A stretch of 63,067 nucleotides of DNA, filler included, from Octopus bimaculoides (lineage: Eukaryota): the NCBI RefSeq assembly GCF_001194135.2. It is 3 parts of 3 records of this genome, joined end to end, with 100 filler letters (N's around TTAATTAATTAA, not from the genome) between each part and the next. Parts side by side here need not be neighbours in the genome. Positions count along the whole stretch, not along the records: positions 1 to 17,364 come from NC_068983.1; positions 17,465 to 47,128 come from NC_068995.1; 1 more part is not named here. One strand, 5' to 3'. The notes under the pieces were generated by a model, which had not been told where the DNA came from, ran no database searches, and worked only from the letters and a program-made list of their open reading frames with translations. This document shows positions 13,475-26,514 of this stretch, one piece after another. Made by a program: the position numbers and the translations under genes. Within the stretch, counting starts at the first letter, position 1, and each line of letters starts with the position of its first letter.

Positions 13475-15616
13475 TATTTGATCAAATAGCGTGAATTCTA
13501 AAGGTGATAAAAAATAATTTATTAATAAATTTTTCATATATCTTTCCTTTTTAGTTTTCCTGTCATTATTACGTATAGACCTGAACGGAAAATGTTCTAC
13601 GAATAACTGTGCGGGTTGTTCATACAAAGTCCTTGTTTGTTATTCTATATTTATAAATTTTTTTGACATTGATGTTTTTTTAAGTGATAGTTGTTGCACA
13701 TTGACCATAATTTCAAGTACCAGAGAACGTGTGACTTGTTTTTCTAAGGACTTAACAGAGGCTACTGATTAGACCTGTTGGAAGAAAAAACAATGATAGA
13801 GTATCGTAGAGAAAAATAAGATGAGAATCTGTTTGGAATGTCCCTCATAATTTCATCCCTACTACATACTGCAGTATTTGGTCAACCTAATATTTATAAA
13901 TGCATTGAAATGTTTATTGAGAATTATTTCGATTTGCCCTATTAGTTGTACCTTTTCGTTTTTAAATGGAAGTATTGAAATTTTTTTTTTACAAATAATT
14001 GTTGAATTCTCTCAATTGATCAACTTTTTTATACATCACATTGTTCTACCTATATCGCTTATATTTAATAAATATTTTACCCAGAATGATTTTAAACCGT
14101 TTCGTTTTTCTTCACAGGACATTTTCACTTTAAGTTTGGTATGCGTGTGTGCGTGTGAGTGCGTTTTGGGACGTATATTTGTGCTGAGTTGAAGATACAA
14201 TATATCATTATTTTAAAATGTCAGTGATGAAAATATTAGAATTACCATAACATTTTTTTTTTTTTGCTTTTACTATAGGATATAATTTTTTTCTTTTTAG
14301 TGAATCAGGGTCAAGAACCGGTTTTAATGTATATCTTTGGAAAAATAAATTTATGAATGTCTTAAGATTTATTTTAGAAACATTAATCTACATACCGGAA
14401 GATGAATATCCCATCTAACTAAATGTTGATGCCGATGACAGGCGTTTTGTGTTGTGAGTCAGGAAATTTCAGTGAAAACTCATCAATGCATAGATCAAAT
14501 CTGATCAGGAAATAGGGTGGTTGCAACTCAGGGATCTATATATCTCTGGAGTTATATGTATAGGGTAACACCGGTAAAAATTATACATCATTAAGAAGGT
14601 CCAACCAAATCGAAAACAATCCAAAGTTGTTTTGCTAAGAAGCTCAGAACTATTGTACATTGCATTTCACAAGTTTTATTTTAAAGTATTTGAAAATAAT
14701 TAACAGTGCGCGTTTGTTTCACTTGCCCTTCTTGATCAGTGCTAATCACGAAGCTAATGAGCGTATCTTTTCACAATGAGTATTATTTGTTTATTCAAGA
14801 AGAAACTTGGTGCCCTATGATACGTTAGCGCATAAGCAACTGAAAATGTCATAGATCCACGTGCATTCTTGCGCTAAAATTCACCGTATAAAAGTCAATT
14901 AACGTTGTTGAATGCTAGAAATGGTAGCATTCTATTATCTTTAGAAAACAATTAGCAAAACATGATTTAAATTGTGTAACTTTTCAAAATATTCGTGAAA
15001 TATTTTAGAGGTAAACTAGGTACAGCAAAGAATCTCCGTTCACACATTATGAACTGTGGATGATACGACCAAATGAGTTCGACATTCTTTATTTTGGGAA
15101 CCGAACCATTCTCTCAAAACAGGCCTCATTTCAGTAGTAGACGTCGTACACCAGGCTAAAATATACAAACGTGGTGAAAGATCCAAAATATTTTAAAATA
15201 ATGTCAGATAAAAATGTCAAAAAATATTCTCACATTTAACCAGCTAATGTAGAAATAATTAAAAATGTTAGGTCAGAATTGTAGTAGCGGATAGTCGATA
15301 CGTAAAGCAGTTCTGGCAATATTTTAAATCCGAAATTCGAGACAAAATTTAAGAAAATTCCTTAATTGAATTAGCTTAAAATGTAGATTTTCGGCAAATG
15401 GGCAACTTAAATAGGTACTTCGTTGGAAAGTTTAATCTACGGATGGTTTTAAGGGGCAATACGGTAATTTTGTTCCTAATAGAAGTCCAAAATCAATTTG
15501 ATATCTTAACTTCATGTCTATAAATCCTTTGTTGCTACCAATTTGGATTTATTCCAGAGTTTAAATTTACTCGAAACAACGTCCAAAGCTTTTAAATATT
15601 CCTTGCATCTAAAATA

Positions 15617-15662
<46 letters not shown>

Positions 15663-15885
15663 AGCGCAGGATTACAAATTAAATTCTACTTTCACTTTCC
15701 AAGTCGCGACCTCACTATCGAATCTAAATGCACAATTTTAAAGGATAACATTGAAAGATAATTGTTCGATACCAATATGTCTTGCAATCGATCATATCGA
15801 TAGCACAAAATAGTCTTCAAACTTTTCCTGTTCAGTTTAATCATATATGTATATAAACATACATACATATGCACACACGCAACAC

Positions 15886-15917
<32 letters not shown>

Positions 15918-15933
15918 AAANNNNNNNNNNNNN

Positions 15934-15970
<37 letters not shown>

Positions 15971-17331
15971 TTGTAGCGTAATATATGGATTCATAGGATC
16001 GTATAGTTATCATACAAAGCCCTTCTAGCAGACTCGGGGTACAGATCACATAGTAGTCATTCACAGAGGAATATAAATATACACGTATATAAATACATAT
16101 TTACAGATATACAAGAATGCAAACATAGATGTATACCTATACGGCTGTATACCTGCATACAGAAATCCAATTTCAAATTCTAAAGGCAAATTCACCGGTG
16201 TTACTGTGGAGAAAAAAATTCTCTCTTATAGTAAAAGGTGTAAATCACCATGTGAAATTTATCTGAAACTTATTTTAACTAACCTAAAGTTCGTTTATGC
16301 CTAAACACTGCTCGGCGCATTAGTTGCTAAATTTCGCCCGACCTGGTTGTGTTAAAGTACTACATAGTCAATGGTGTTGACTATGATTTAGTTAAAGCTC
16401 CGGCTTGAAAATCAGATCAGAGTTACCTCACTTTGCTATTTCTTGTTGATAAAAATAAACAGCTAGAAACGCATATGGGAATCTGGAACAACACAGAGCA
16501 AATATGCTGTATTTATATCTCCTACCCTAAGGGAGAATTATTTTCCCTATGGCCACCGTAGTGGATTTGCCTTCAGGAGCTAAAATGTGTCACAAACATA
16601 TTTTAAGTAACGTAAAGGTCATTTATAAACACACACACACACATTTTTAAATATATAAAATTAATGTAAACAGCAGATTGTAATGTTCCACCGAAAAGGG
16701 GAACTATAATTGTCAGCGAATGTGACTAGAGTGTTAAAAACATCTACTTTGCTAGAAATAAGAGTTAAAATGCTCTAATGCTGTATGTAACGTACATGAA
16801 TGAAAGCATATACATTAACAGGTCCATAATTGTCTGAAAAATATCGACCGAGAATTCTTAAGATTGATGTGTCAGTTTTGGAATTTCCGTTGCCATCTTC
16901 AGTTGTTCGGCTCTTTCCAGACCTATTTCTCTATTAGCATGTAAGGTTTTCGTCTGAACGACGAACCTCCCACTCCACCCCGACACATAAATCCGCCCAC
17001 AGACACACGTGCAGGTAGAAGTGCGATAATGTGTCAATAGCCATTACGTTTTTGCTTTCTCAGTGATGCTCTGTAACACAATACAAAATTTACTTCTTGG
17101 CGGCACCTTGGACTTACAAACTGTATTAGTAACGATGTGTTAAACTACACATAACGTGGATATCTACATCTATCACAGGTCAATTTAGTCGGAGAGGTTT
17201 GATTTTCTCACAGACACCTTTTAAAAAAGGCCGCGGATCTTTAATCATTCTTTCATTTGCTATACATATATATGTGTGTGTGTGTGTCTATGTATATACG
17301 TATTTATATATATATTTATATATACGTATTT

Positions 17332-17364
<33 letters not shown>

Positions 17365-17464
17365 NNNNNNNNNNNNNNNNNNNNNNNNNNNNNNNNNNNN
17401 NNNNNNNNTTAATTAATTAANNNNNNNNNNNNNNNNNNNNNNNNNNNNNNNNNNNNNNNNNNNN
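17365..17464. other. Assembly spacer: 44 N + TTAATTAATTAA + 44 N
   Basis: Exactly 100 bp with a six-frame stop linker; an identical structure occurs at 47129-47228. Confidence 0.9.
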
Positions 17465-17466
17465 TA

Positions 17467-17497
<31 letters not shown>

Positions 17498-18124
17498 GTA
17501 TATATACATATATATATATAATATTTATTTAGATGTATATACAATTATATACATATATATAATATTTATATATATATATATACAGTAATATATATTTATA
17601 TATATGTGTATATATGTATGTGCATGTTTGTCAATGTTTGTCAATTCCCTTCATACAAACGCACGCGTGCACACACACATACACACACACACGCACACAC
17701 ACACACAAACACAAACACGTATATACATACACAGGAACACGCAAACAAACAGATACACCAACCACAACACTACTTTATTGCTAAACTCTTAACTGAAAAT
17801 AAACTCAAATAACTTGAAATATAAATTTTATTTCAATCAAATAAATATTACATTGTAAATAATTTAATAAAATATTTTCCAAACATAGTTTATATTATTT
17901 TTTATTCTCTCTCTCTCTCAGCACGATATCGCATTTGTATTTGCTACATAAATAAAATATGTGTCAAGTACGAGTCGAATATTTGTCTTTTCCTATATAA
18001 TCTACATTCATTATTAATACAATTATAAACCGACAACTCTTTAATTTACTTAGTGGAGAATTTTTAAATACCTACTGATGTTTTCTATTTTTTGATGTAA
18101 TCATATGTGCGCGTGAGTGTAGGA

Positions 18125-18196
<72 letters not shown>

Positions 18197-18990
18197 TACA
18201 TGAATACGTATGCTGTCGTTATATATACGTATATATATATATATATATATATATACTTACAGACATCTGTGTGTATGTGTGTGGATGGAATTGCAGGATG
18301 GAGTTGAATGCATATCATACGATTGAGCTGAAAGAGACGCAACGTCATCTTAATCATAATTCGTGATATCGTTATGTATTGTTTATTAATTTACCCACGT
18401 ACATGTGTGTGTATACAAATATATACCACTTTCTGTGTATAAACATGCGCGGGCGCGCACACACGCGCACTTATATAAATAAATATATATGCATTTTATT
18501 CATATATATATATTATATATATGAATATGTATTATATATATATANNNNNNNNNNNNNNNNNNNNNNNNNNNNNNNNNNNNNNNNNNNNNNNNNNNNNNNN
18601 NNNNNNNNNNNNNNNNNNNNNNNNNNNNNNNNNNNNNNNNNNNNNNNNNNNNNNNNNNNNNNNNNNNNNNNNNNNNNNNNNNNNNNNNNNNNNNNNNNNN
18701 NNNNNNNNNNNNNNNNNNNNNNNNNNNNNNNNNNNNNNNNNNNNNNNNNNNNNNNNNNNNNNNNNNNNNNNNNNNNNNNNNNNNNNNNNNNNNNNNNNNN
18801 NNNNNNNNNNNNNNNNNNNNNNNNNNNNNNNNNNNNNNNNNNNNNNNNNNNNNNNNNNNNNNNNNNNNNNNNNNNNNNNNNATATATATATATATATATA
18901 TAACTGGAAAGAGAGAGAGGAAGATGTAGATACATAGCCGGCAACTGAAAGACTAACAGGTTGATCAGCAGACGGATATTTCTATCTATC

Positions 18991-19021
<31 letters not shown>

Positions 19022-19429
19022 CTGTATGTGTGTGTGTGTGTTATATTTATACCTATAAATGTGTGTATTCGTACATATTGTGCTTTATAAACCGAACTGA
19101 TTCTACCAGACACAGTGCTGTTGATCCTGTTACTGATGATCATGGTGATGGTGATGACTTGGTAATACGACGCGAAAACTTACAGATTTAGAATTTGCAG
19201 AATCAGAATTATGAGAACTTTATGTATTCTTTCACCGGTCACAACGTTGGAATGCTGGATTTTATTGGCTGACGAGGCGAAAGAAGAAACCCAAAACTCA
19301 CCTTGATTGTTGTTGAGGCCTGTCTCACCCTTTACACTGCTTCACCTTTGTGCGATAAAATCTTTAATGTCAGCATAAATACTTACGAAATATCAAATAA
19401 TTTACAATTATGATATAGTAATAAGAACT

Positions 19430-19645
19430 GTGGAGGGCGTGTGGCTTATTGGTTAAGATGTTGGACTCATGATCGTAAGACTGTGGTTTCGATTGCTGGA
19501 TCGGGCAATGTATGATGTTCTTATGGAAAAAAATAAGTAACCCGGCGACGCACCGGTGTCCCGTCCAGGTATGAAATATATATACGCCATGGAAACCAGG
19601 AATCCGGCCTTATGAGTCTATATGAATCGGGGAGGGATTTTACTT
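19430..19645 (+). mobile_element. Degenerate tRNA-derived SINE, family B2
   Basis: Head gtggagggcgtgtggcttattggttaag...gtttcgattgctggatcgggc; 3' part resembles the copy at 23795-24057. Confidence 0.65.
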
Positions 19646-19674
19646 TCCTACTGTTTAATATTCGTTTCTAATAT

Positions 19675-19842
19675 AGGCACAAGGCCTCGAATTTTGGGGT
19701 AAGGACTAAGTCGATTACATCGACCCCGAAAGGATATGAAAGGCAAAGTCGACCTCAGCGGAATTTGAACTCAGAACGTAGTGGCAAACGCAATACCGCT
19801 AAGCATTTCGTTCGGCGTGCTAACACTTTTGCCTGCTCGCCG
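19675..19842 (-). mobile_element. SINE C
   Basis: cgaccccgaaaggat..aaaggcaaagtcgacctcagcggaatttgaactcagaacgt is shared with other C copies. Confidence 0.85.
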
Positions 19843-20069
19843 TCCCACTACTTTTTAATAATGACTAATTATTAGCGACAGAAGCAGTATTACTACCAAC
19901 AAGCAATCTTTATATCCAACTTAGCGTCATTGCCTTGTTAGAAACACACCGAATACTGCGTTAATAACTTTGAAGGAACCTCCCATATAGGCACTTGGTG
20001 CATACAATTACCCACATAGATCGTAGTAGACGCAAGTCGTCTGTTTTACAGGTCTTACCAGCGCGGGAA

Positions 20070-20115
20070 CTCACATACCACGTGATTTCAGCCTGTAAGA
20101 TATCATCAGCGGGAG
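20070..20115 (-). ncRNA. Degenerate type I hammerhead ribozyme-like motif
   Basis: ctcccg CTGATGA tatcttacaggct GAA ATCACGTGGT A tgtgag. Core is intact and stem III is near-palindromic; stems I and II are partly broken. Confidence 0.4.
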
Positions 20116-20392
20116 GCGAACAAGGAAGCTTTCAACACATTACTGACGGTTTTCGTCTTCTACGATCTACATGGCTCTCTCAAGGTTAATGATACAATAT
20201 CCAGTTTCCTAACAAGACATCCACTTCAAGTTGGCTATAAACATTGCATTCGGAATCTAATACTGCTTCCATTGCAAATAATTAATTCCTTTGATAAGCC
20301 TGCCGGCTATTTGTGACATTAGTGTCTGAGAAGATGCTGATATTCTGAATATCGTAGCAGCGAGATTGACCTGGTATGTGGTAACCGGATGC

Positions 20393-20438
20393 CTACCACT
20401 GATGATATCCAGTCGACTGAAATCAAGTGATATGGGAG
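20393..20438 (+). ncRNA. Degenerate type I hammerhead ribozyme-like motif
   Basis: ctacca CTGATGA tatccagtcgact GAA ATCAAGTGAT A tgggag. Stem I has 5 of 6 pairs, stem III has 4 bp, stem II is non-canonical. Confidence 0.45.
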
Positions 20439-20764
20439 TTCCCATACCCATAACAGACGATTCTGCTACGGTCTGTGCGTTCAGTTTTTATGCGCACCAA
20501 ACGTCTAAACGAGAGGTTCTCTCAATGCCGATGGCACAATATTCAGTATTCCAACAAGACAACAACGTTAAGTTGGATTCAAAGATTGCCTTTTAGTAAC
20601 AGTAACTTTCTAATAAATTCTGATTTAGTCACACCAATGGCTTGTTAGTTTGAAAGGTACTTTATTATACAGACCACCACAGATCGAAATGTAAAGTCGA
20701 CCTTTTTGCCAGCTTTTTACAGATCAGAAATTAAGACCATGATCTTGCAAAATCATAAGAGCGT

Positions 20765-21870
20765 CGGGACAAATTGCCTTACGGTATTTCTTCCGTCCTT
20801 TTGCATTCAAATCCCACCGAGGTCGGCTTTGACTGTCATCCTCTTGGGGTCGATAAAATAATGAAGCTGTCAAATATGTAGGTCGGTACAATCGACTCAC
20901 GCCCTCTGATCGAAATTACTGGTCTCTTTGTCCCTAAATTAGAAACTTATCCCACAGCACTTTTTCCACTTCTTTGCATTCTGAGTTCAAATCTTACCAG
21001 GGCCAACTTTGCTTTCACCGTTCCGAGTTTGATAAAATCAGGAAGCAGTCTAGTACCGGGATCGATCATATCAACTACTTCACATCCGCTCAAAATTTGC
21101 TGGCCTTGTGACTGATTCAGAAGTCATTATAGTTATTATAACAAAGAAGAAAGAAAAAATAACTTAAATGGAGAAATAAAAATTACACTCAAAGAAACGA
21201 TTTCTCATGGAACTCAATTGATCCATTCTTTATGCATAATCGAATTATTAATCAGTTCGAAGAGTTCCAATAGTTTATTATCGTTTTCATTTCACCTACT
21301 CCATTAATTTCCTCTGGGAGGGCATGACTTTTAAAACATACATTCTTGGGTGTAGTAGCTTGCTTTTCTAACATTTCATTAGTATAATGCCTACGAGGTC
21401 TGTTGTTTGAGAGGCAAATGTAATAGTAAGTATTATGACAGATTGCAAATATCTTAGAATATTGAATTTTCTAGAAATGCGGTGCATGATAAATTCAGTA
21501 GAGCACCGGATTAATTAGCGACTGCTATTTAGAAGTTCAAATCCTGAGAAAGTAGATGTTATCTTGCATTTTTTTCTTTTTCTTTTCCTTTTTTTGATTT
21601 TTGTATTACGGCGACGACTTGCAGAATCGTTACCGCGCCGGAAAAAAATGCTTATTGATATTCCTTGCGATTTTACGTTCTGAGTTCAACTGCCACCGAG
21701 GTCAACTTTATCCTTTATTTTTGGGGCGGTTGATAAAATAAGTATCAGCTAAGTACTTACTTCCACCCACGAAAATGCTGGCCTTGGGTAAAAATTTGAA
21801 GTCAATATTTGGTCCAGTTCACACCTATCAGATCTGAGATCAAATCCCGCCGAGGTTAACTTTGCCTTCA
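20765..21870 (+). mobile_element. Cluster of degenerate SINE C copies (about 20765-20945, 20950-21125, 21608-21805, 21830-21870)
   Basis: Repeated gagttcaaat-ccaccgaggtc-actttgcc-tcatcc-ggggtcgataaaata motif. Confidence 0.7.
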
Positions 21871-21936
21871 GGCTTTCTGATTCAGAAAAAATAAATGAAA
21901 GTTGGAGGTGGACTGGCGAAATAATCTTTTCTACTC

Positions 21937-22128
21937 TAGGCACAAGTCCCGAAATTTTGGGGGAAGCAGTAAGTCGATTAGATCGATCCCAGTACGCAAC
22001 TGGTACTTAATCTATCGACTCCTAATGGATGAAAGGCAAAGTCGACGGGATTTGAACTCTGACGGTAAAGACAGACGAAATACTGTGAAGCATCTTGCCC
22101 GGCGTGCTAACGTTTCTGCCAGATCGCC
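21937..22128 (-). mobile_element. SINE C
   Basis: Matches the copies at 1155-1391 and 19675-19842. Confidence 0.85.
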
Positions 22129-22147
22129 TCTCTCTCTCTTTCTTCCG

Positions 22148-22191
<44 letters not shown>

Positions 22192-22317
22192 CTCTCTCTC
22201 TCATACGCTCTCTCTCATACTCTCTCTCATACTCTCTCGCTCTCATACTTTCCCTCTCTCTCTGTCACTTCTGCTTCTTTCTCTTTCCCTCTATTTCTCT
22301 CTGCATCTCTCTCTCTC

Positions 22318-22464
22318 TTTCAGTTTCCGTCTACCAAAATCCACTCACAAAGTTTTGGTTGGCCTGAAACTATAGCAGAAGACACTTGCCCACGGTGCCA
22401 TGCAATGAGACTGAACATGAAACCATATAGCTGAGAAGCAAGGGTCTTACCACGCAGCCACGCC
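22318..22464 (-). mobile_element. SINE A, 5' half, next to a (CT)n tract
   Basis: cagtttccgtctaccaaaatccactcacaaag...gacacttgcccacggtgcc...cttaccacgcagccac. Confidence 0.8.
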
Positions 22465-23139
22465 AATAAATATGAATATTTCTGATTCCTCAAATACTGT
22501 TTACAGAAGACATTCTTAATGCTGTTTCTGCAGCTGGTTTTGCTACGGCTTTCACTAGTACCGCAGCTGCTGGTGGTTCTGGTGCTGCCATTACACTACT
22601 ACTACGACTACTACCGCTGCTGCCGTTGCTGCTGCTATTACTGTGTGTTTATTTGTTTGTTCTCGTCTTTAAGACACTTAAGTCTCTACTTGCCTCAGGG
22701 TCGCTTTCTAATTAAGATTTCATCAATGTCCTTACCACCACCACCACCACCTCCTTCTCCTTCTCCTTCTCCTCCTCCTCCGCTTCATCATCATCACCAT
22801 CTTCTTCTTCTTCTTCTTCTTCTTCTTCTTCTTCTTCTTCTTCTTCTTCTTCTCTTTCTTCTTTTTCTTCTTTATCTCATCCAGTGGCCTCTTTTGTGCC
22901 TGAATTTTGATTTTATCTCGTATACATTCTCTTCCTTCTTATTTCTTTCCTTCTTTCTACTACTACTACTACTACTACTATTACTACTACTACTACTAAT
23001 GCTGCTTCTGTTGCTGCTGCTGCTGTATGACAATAATACCATTGGTTTCGTTTTCAAGTATGTAGGGCACGAGTCAAGATTTGCGCTGTATATATATATT
23101 CCTGGAAAAAAATGTGTTGCTGGTTCTTCATGAAGTTGC

Positions 23140-23430
23140 GTGGCCTAGGGTTTAGTGTACTGGGCTCACATTCATAGGATCTTAATTTTGATTCCAGGAT
23201 CGGGCGGTAGGTTGTGTCCTTAAACGAAACACTTAATTTCATGTTGCTTCAGTCCACGTTGTATCATCTGTAAATGAGTTCCAGCAATGGCTACGAAGTT
23301 AGCTCCACAGAGGAGCAGTGTCCCGTTCGATGGGGCGGTGAGTGTGATAATCTAAAACCGTGATACGGCGTGTAAACCGGGTTAATCTCCGTCCTTATGA
23401 GTCGTAGGGGTCATGACTCACTGAAACTTA
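23140..23430 (+). mobile_element. Degenerate SINE B2
   Basis: ttgtgtccttaaacgaaacacttaatttcatgttgcttcagtccac matches the central region of 23795-24057. Confidence 0.6.
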
Positions 23431-23794
23431 CGTCAGTCAGTTTCAAGAAGCGCAGTGGAGCAATAATAAATCGTGAACCGGAGAGGAAAGTAGAGAATTA
23501 TTTTTTCACACAACCATCACAGAAGAAGGAAGAGAGAGATTTTGATGAATGATGTTAGACAGGCGTAAGTCATACCATTCAATGAAGAGGACAGCACAAG
23601 CTAAAGTGTGCTGGAGAAAGTTCACTTCAAGAAACCTGCTCAAGAGTAGAGCACTCTTGAGAGAAAAAGAGAGACAGACAGACATATAGAGACAGACAGA
23701 TAGACAGACAGAGACAAGCAGACGAACAGACATATCAAGGAACGAGTAAATCTAAGAGGAGAGAATAAATTGTCATTGAATACTATAAGGAACT

Positions 23795-24057
23795 GTGGAG
23801 GCGCGTGGCTTAGTCGTTAGGGTGTCAGCATCATGATCGTAAGATTGTGGTTTCGATTCCTGGATCGGGCGACGCGTTGTGTTCCTGAGCAAAACACTTC
23901 ATTTCACGTTGCTCCAGTCCACTCAGCCGGCAAAAATGAGTAACGCTGCGATGGACTGGCGTCCCGTCTAGCTGGGGAACACATACGCCATAGAAACCGG
24001 GAAACCGGGTCCATGAGCCTGGCTAGGCTTTAAAAGGGCGCATTTATTATTATTTAT
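23795..24057 (+). mobile_element. tRNA-derived SINE B2 with target-site duplication
   Basis: tRNA-like head gtggaggcgcgtggcttagtcgttaggg...gtttcgattcc. Flanked by tactataaggaact (23781-23794) and tactataagaaact (24058-24071). Confidence 0.85.
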
Positions 24058-24654
24058 TACTATAAGAAACTAGTTACCGCATGTTTGCATTGGTTACAAT
24101 TGCACACTGTTAAATGTGGTGAGCGTATACGCTTACGTGTGTGTGTGTATGTATGTATGAGTGTGTGTGTATGTAGTAGACTTCGTATATACGCAAAGAG
24201 AAATGCTCACATCTATACATGCACATTTCTGTATGTGGATATATACACAGTTCTATTTATATCTATACACAATTGTATACATCTGTACACAGCGTGTATA
24301 GATGTATGCATGTATACACATAGCAAACCGGGGCGCAATTATACATGACCTATCGTTTTTTCAGTGGTTTTTTTCATTTATTTCCTCTCACATCAAAGTG
24401 TTTTGGTAGCTATTTGAGGATACAGTTACCGAAATATATTTAAACCACACCCCGTCACTATTCGTGAACAAAAATAGATGCAAGATCCCAAGGGAGAGAA
24501 AGATCCTCATTAGAAAATTTTTTAAAAAAGTTAATTAAAATAAAATAACGTAACTACCAGCTAAACTTCTGCCAGTATCTGCATCCATTTTCGGCGGTTA
24601 CAATAACGCTTGACTCGAAAGATACATTGCTCCCAGAACAGCATGAAGACTAAC

Positions 24655-24800
24655 AGATTTAGGGCAAGGCTAGTAGTTTTAAGAGAAGGGGTTTGGGTGA
24701 TATATTTCGCCTTAATACTCGACAGTTGCTTTATATTACCGATCCCGAAAAGATGAAGGGCAAAGTTAAATCTGGTGGGATTTGAACTCAGATTGTAAGT
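24655..24800 (-). mobile_element. Degenerate SINE C
   Basis: ccgatcccgaaaagatgaagggcaaagtt...ggatttgaactcaga. Confidence 0.6.
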
Positions 24801-24951
24801 AATTAAAATAAATAACAAGGTATTTTTCTGATGCTGTAAACACCCTCCATGTCGGTTGTCGTTTATTCGAGCAATGAACAGGCAGGATGTTTTGAGATAC
24901 CATTAGTAAACAAAAGTCTGCTGAGGAAGATGGAGAAATTTATATACAAAC

Positions 24952-25180
24952 AGGCATGAGAGTATGGAAGGAAGTTTGCTTTCCAGCTACATGGTCCTGG
25001 TGTCATTCCCTTTGCATGGCACCATGGGCAAGTGTTTTCTAATAAAGCTCTGGGCCGACCAAAACTTTGTGGGTGGATTTGATAGAAGAAAACTGAATGA
25101 AGCCAACTGTATAAATGTGTGTGTGTGTGTGTGTATTTGACCTCTACCACAATTCGACAGCCGGTGGGTGTTGATTTGTT
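24952..25180 (+). mobile_element. Degenerate SINE A
   Basis: gcaccatgggcaagtgttttct...gggccgaccaaaactttgtgggtggatttg, then (TG)n. Confidence 0.75.
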
Positions 25181-25384
25181 TAGGACTCTGTGACTTAGTG
25201 GAGTCAGCTCCACGAGTCAGAGTGTCTGCTTCAGCCCATCTCCGTCGCTATCCTCCGGGGCAACGCCTTTTCCATAGTCTCTGCTGGTGCCATGAGAAAT
25301 ATCTAACTATGATAAAAGAAAGTGACCTTTACTTTTATTTATTTCTTCAAGTTGTTTTTCCTTTACCAACGATGAAATACGGTT

Positions 25385-25555
25385 TCAAATTTTGGCACAA
25401 GACCGGCACGTGTTCAAATGGTACTTATTTTACCGTCTCCAAAAGGATGAAAGGCAAATTCGACCTCGGCGGAATTTGAACTCAAAACGTAAAGACGGAC
25501 GAAATGCTTAGCAGCATTTTGTCCGGCGTGCTATTGACTCTGCCAGTTCACCATC
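25385..25555 (-). mobile_element. SINE C
   Basis: aaaggatgaaaggcaaattcgacctcggcggaatttgaactcaaaacgtaaagacggacgaaatgc. Confidence 0.8.
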
Positions 25556-26094
25556 TTATGACTGCAGGAATTGAAATGCCAAACTACTCAAAAAGAGCCC
25601 CTGACGGAAAATTCCACGTGAAATACATTCATCACTACTGTTAGTAATAAAAAATAATGACGGTAAATAAAGGAGATAGAAAATTTGATAAAATAGATAG
25701 CACGTTATAAGGAGAGTGGCGGGGATTAAAAGCAGGGAAACAAAATAGAATAGAATTTGAAAGTAGAGGCAGATCGACGAGTCCAATATCCAAAAGGGAA
25801 AAGGTTACTCTAATACAAACAGATAACTGATACAGCTATAAATGAAAATATTTTATATATCAAACGGGCTGGAGAAATACATTAATAATACCCAAATGTA
25901 ACTAACAATAAAAGATCGTAGATAAAGAAAGAGAAACTGACTTTTACAAAATGCGATGTAATTGAGAAGCCCCGCGGTAGATATGCGACGAAACATCTTT
26001 ACGTGGTTGGGATCCGGTACTTTTCAGATGTAAGTGTAAACGTAACGTACCAGACTTTGTGTGTTGGTTAAAATTTGTAATTCTTGTATATACA

Positions 26095-26500
26095 AGGCGT
26101 AGGAGTGGCTGTGTGGTAAGTAGCTTGCTTACGAACCACATGGTTCCGGGTTCAGTTCCATTGCGTGGCACCTTGGGCAAGTGTCTTCTACTATAGCCTG
26201 GGGGCGACAAAAGCCTTGTGAGTGGATTTGGTAGACGGAAACTGAAATAAGCCCGTCGTATATATGTATATATATATATGTGTGTGTATATGTTTGTGCG
26301 TCTGTGTTTGTCCCCCCAACATCGCTTGACAACCGATGCTGGTGTGTTTACGTCCCCGTAACTTAGCGGTTCAGCAAACGAGACCGATAGAATAAGTACT
26401 AGGCTTACAAAGAATAAGTCCTGGGGGTCGATTTGCTCGACTGAAGGCGGTGCTCCAGCATGGCCGCAGTCAAATGACTGAAACAAATAAAAGAGTAAAA
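26095..26500 (+). mobile_element. SINE A, full length, cleanest copy
   Basis: A-box-like tggctgtgtgg, B-box-like ggttcagttcc, CORE-like caccttgggcaagt, internal microsatellite, and tail ggcggtgctccagcatggccgcagtcaaatgactgaaac. Confidence 0.95.
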
Positions 26501-26514
26501 TAATATATATATAA

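Larger units (their letters stand above)
20040..20600 (-). mobile_element. Probable decayed PLE terminal (pseudo-LTR) region with an internal duplication
   Basis: Degenerate direct repeat (about 20185-20260 vs 20517-20592) and two oppositely oriented hammerhead-like motifs. PLE identity is inferred from the hammerhead association. Confidence 0.45.

Noticed and set aside
16345-16390. 9-bp hairpin catagtcaa/ttgactatg
   Set aside because: Short, single-copy and without a Helitron CTRR end; expected by chance in AT-rich DNA.
17409-17420. TTAATTAATTAA palindrome inside gaps (also 47173-47184)
   Set aside because: Identical 44N-12-44N layout with six-frame stops: an artificial scaffold linker.
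19296-19375. Perfect minus-strand donor AAG|GTGAGT
   Set aside because: The upstream candidate exon has stops in all three frames; a UTR exon cannot be excluded but is unsupported.
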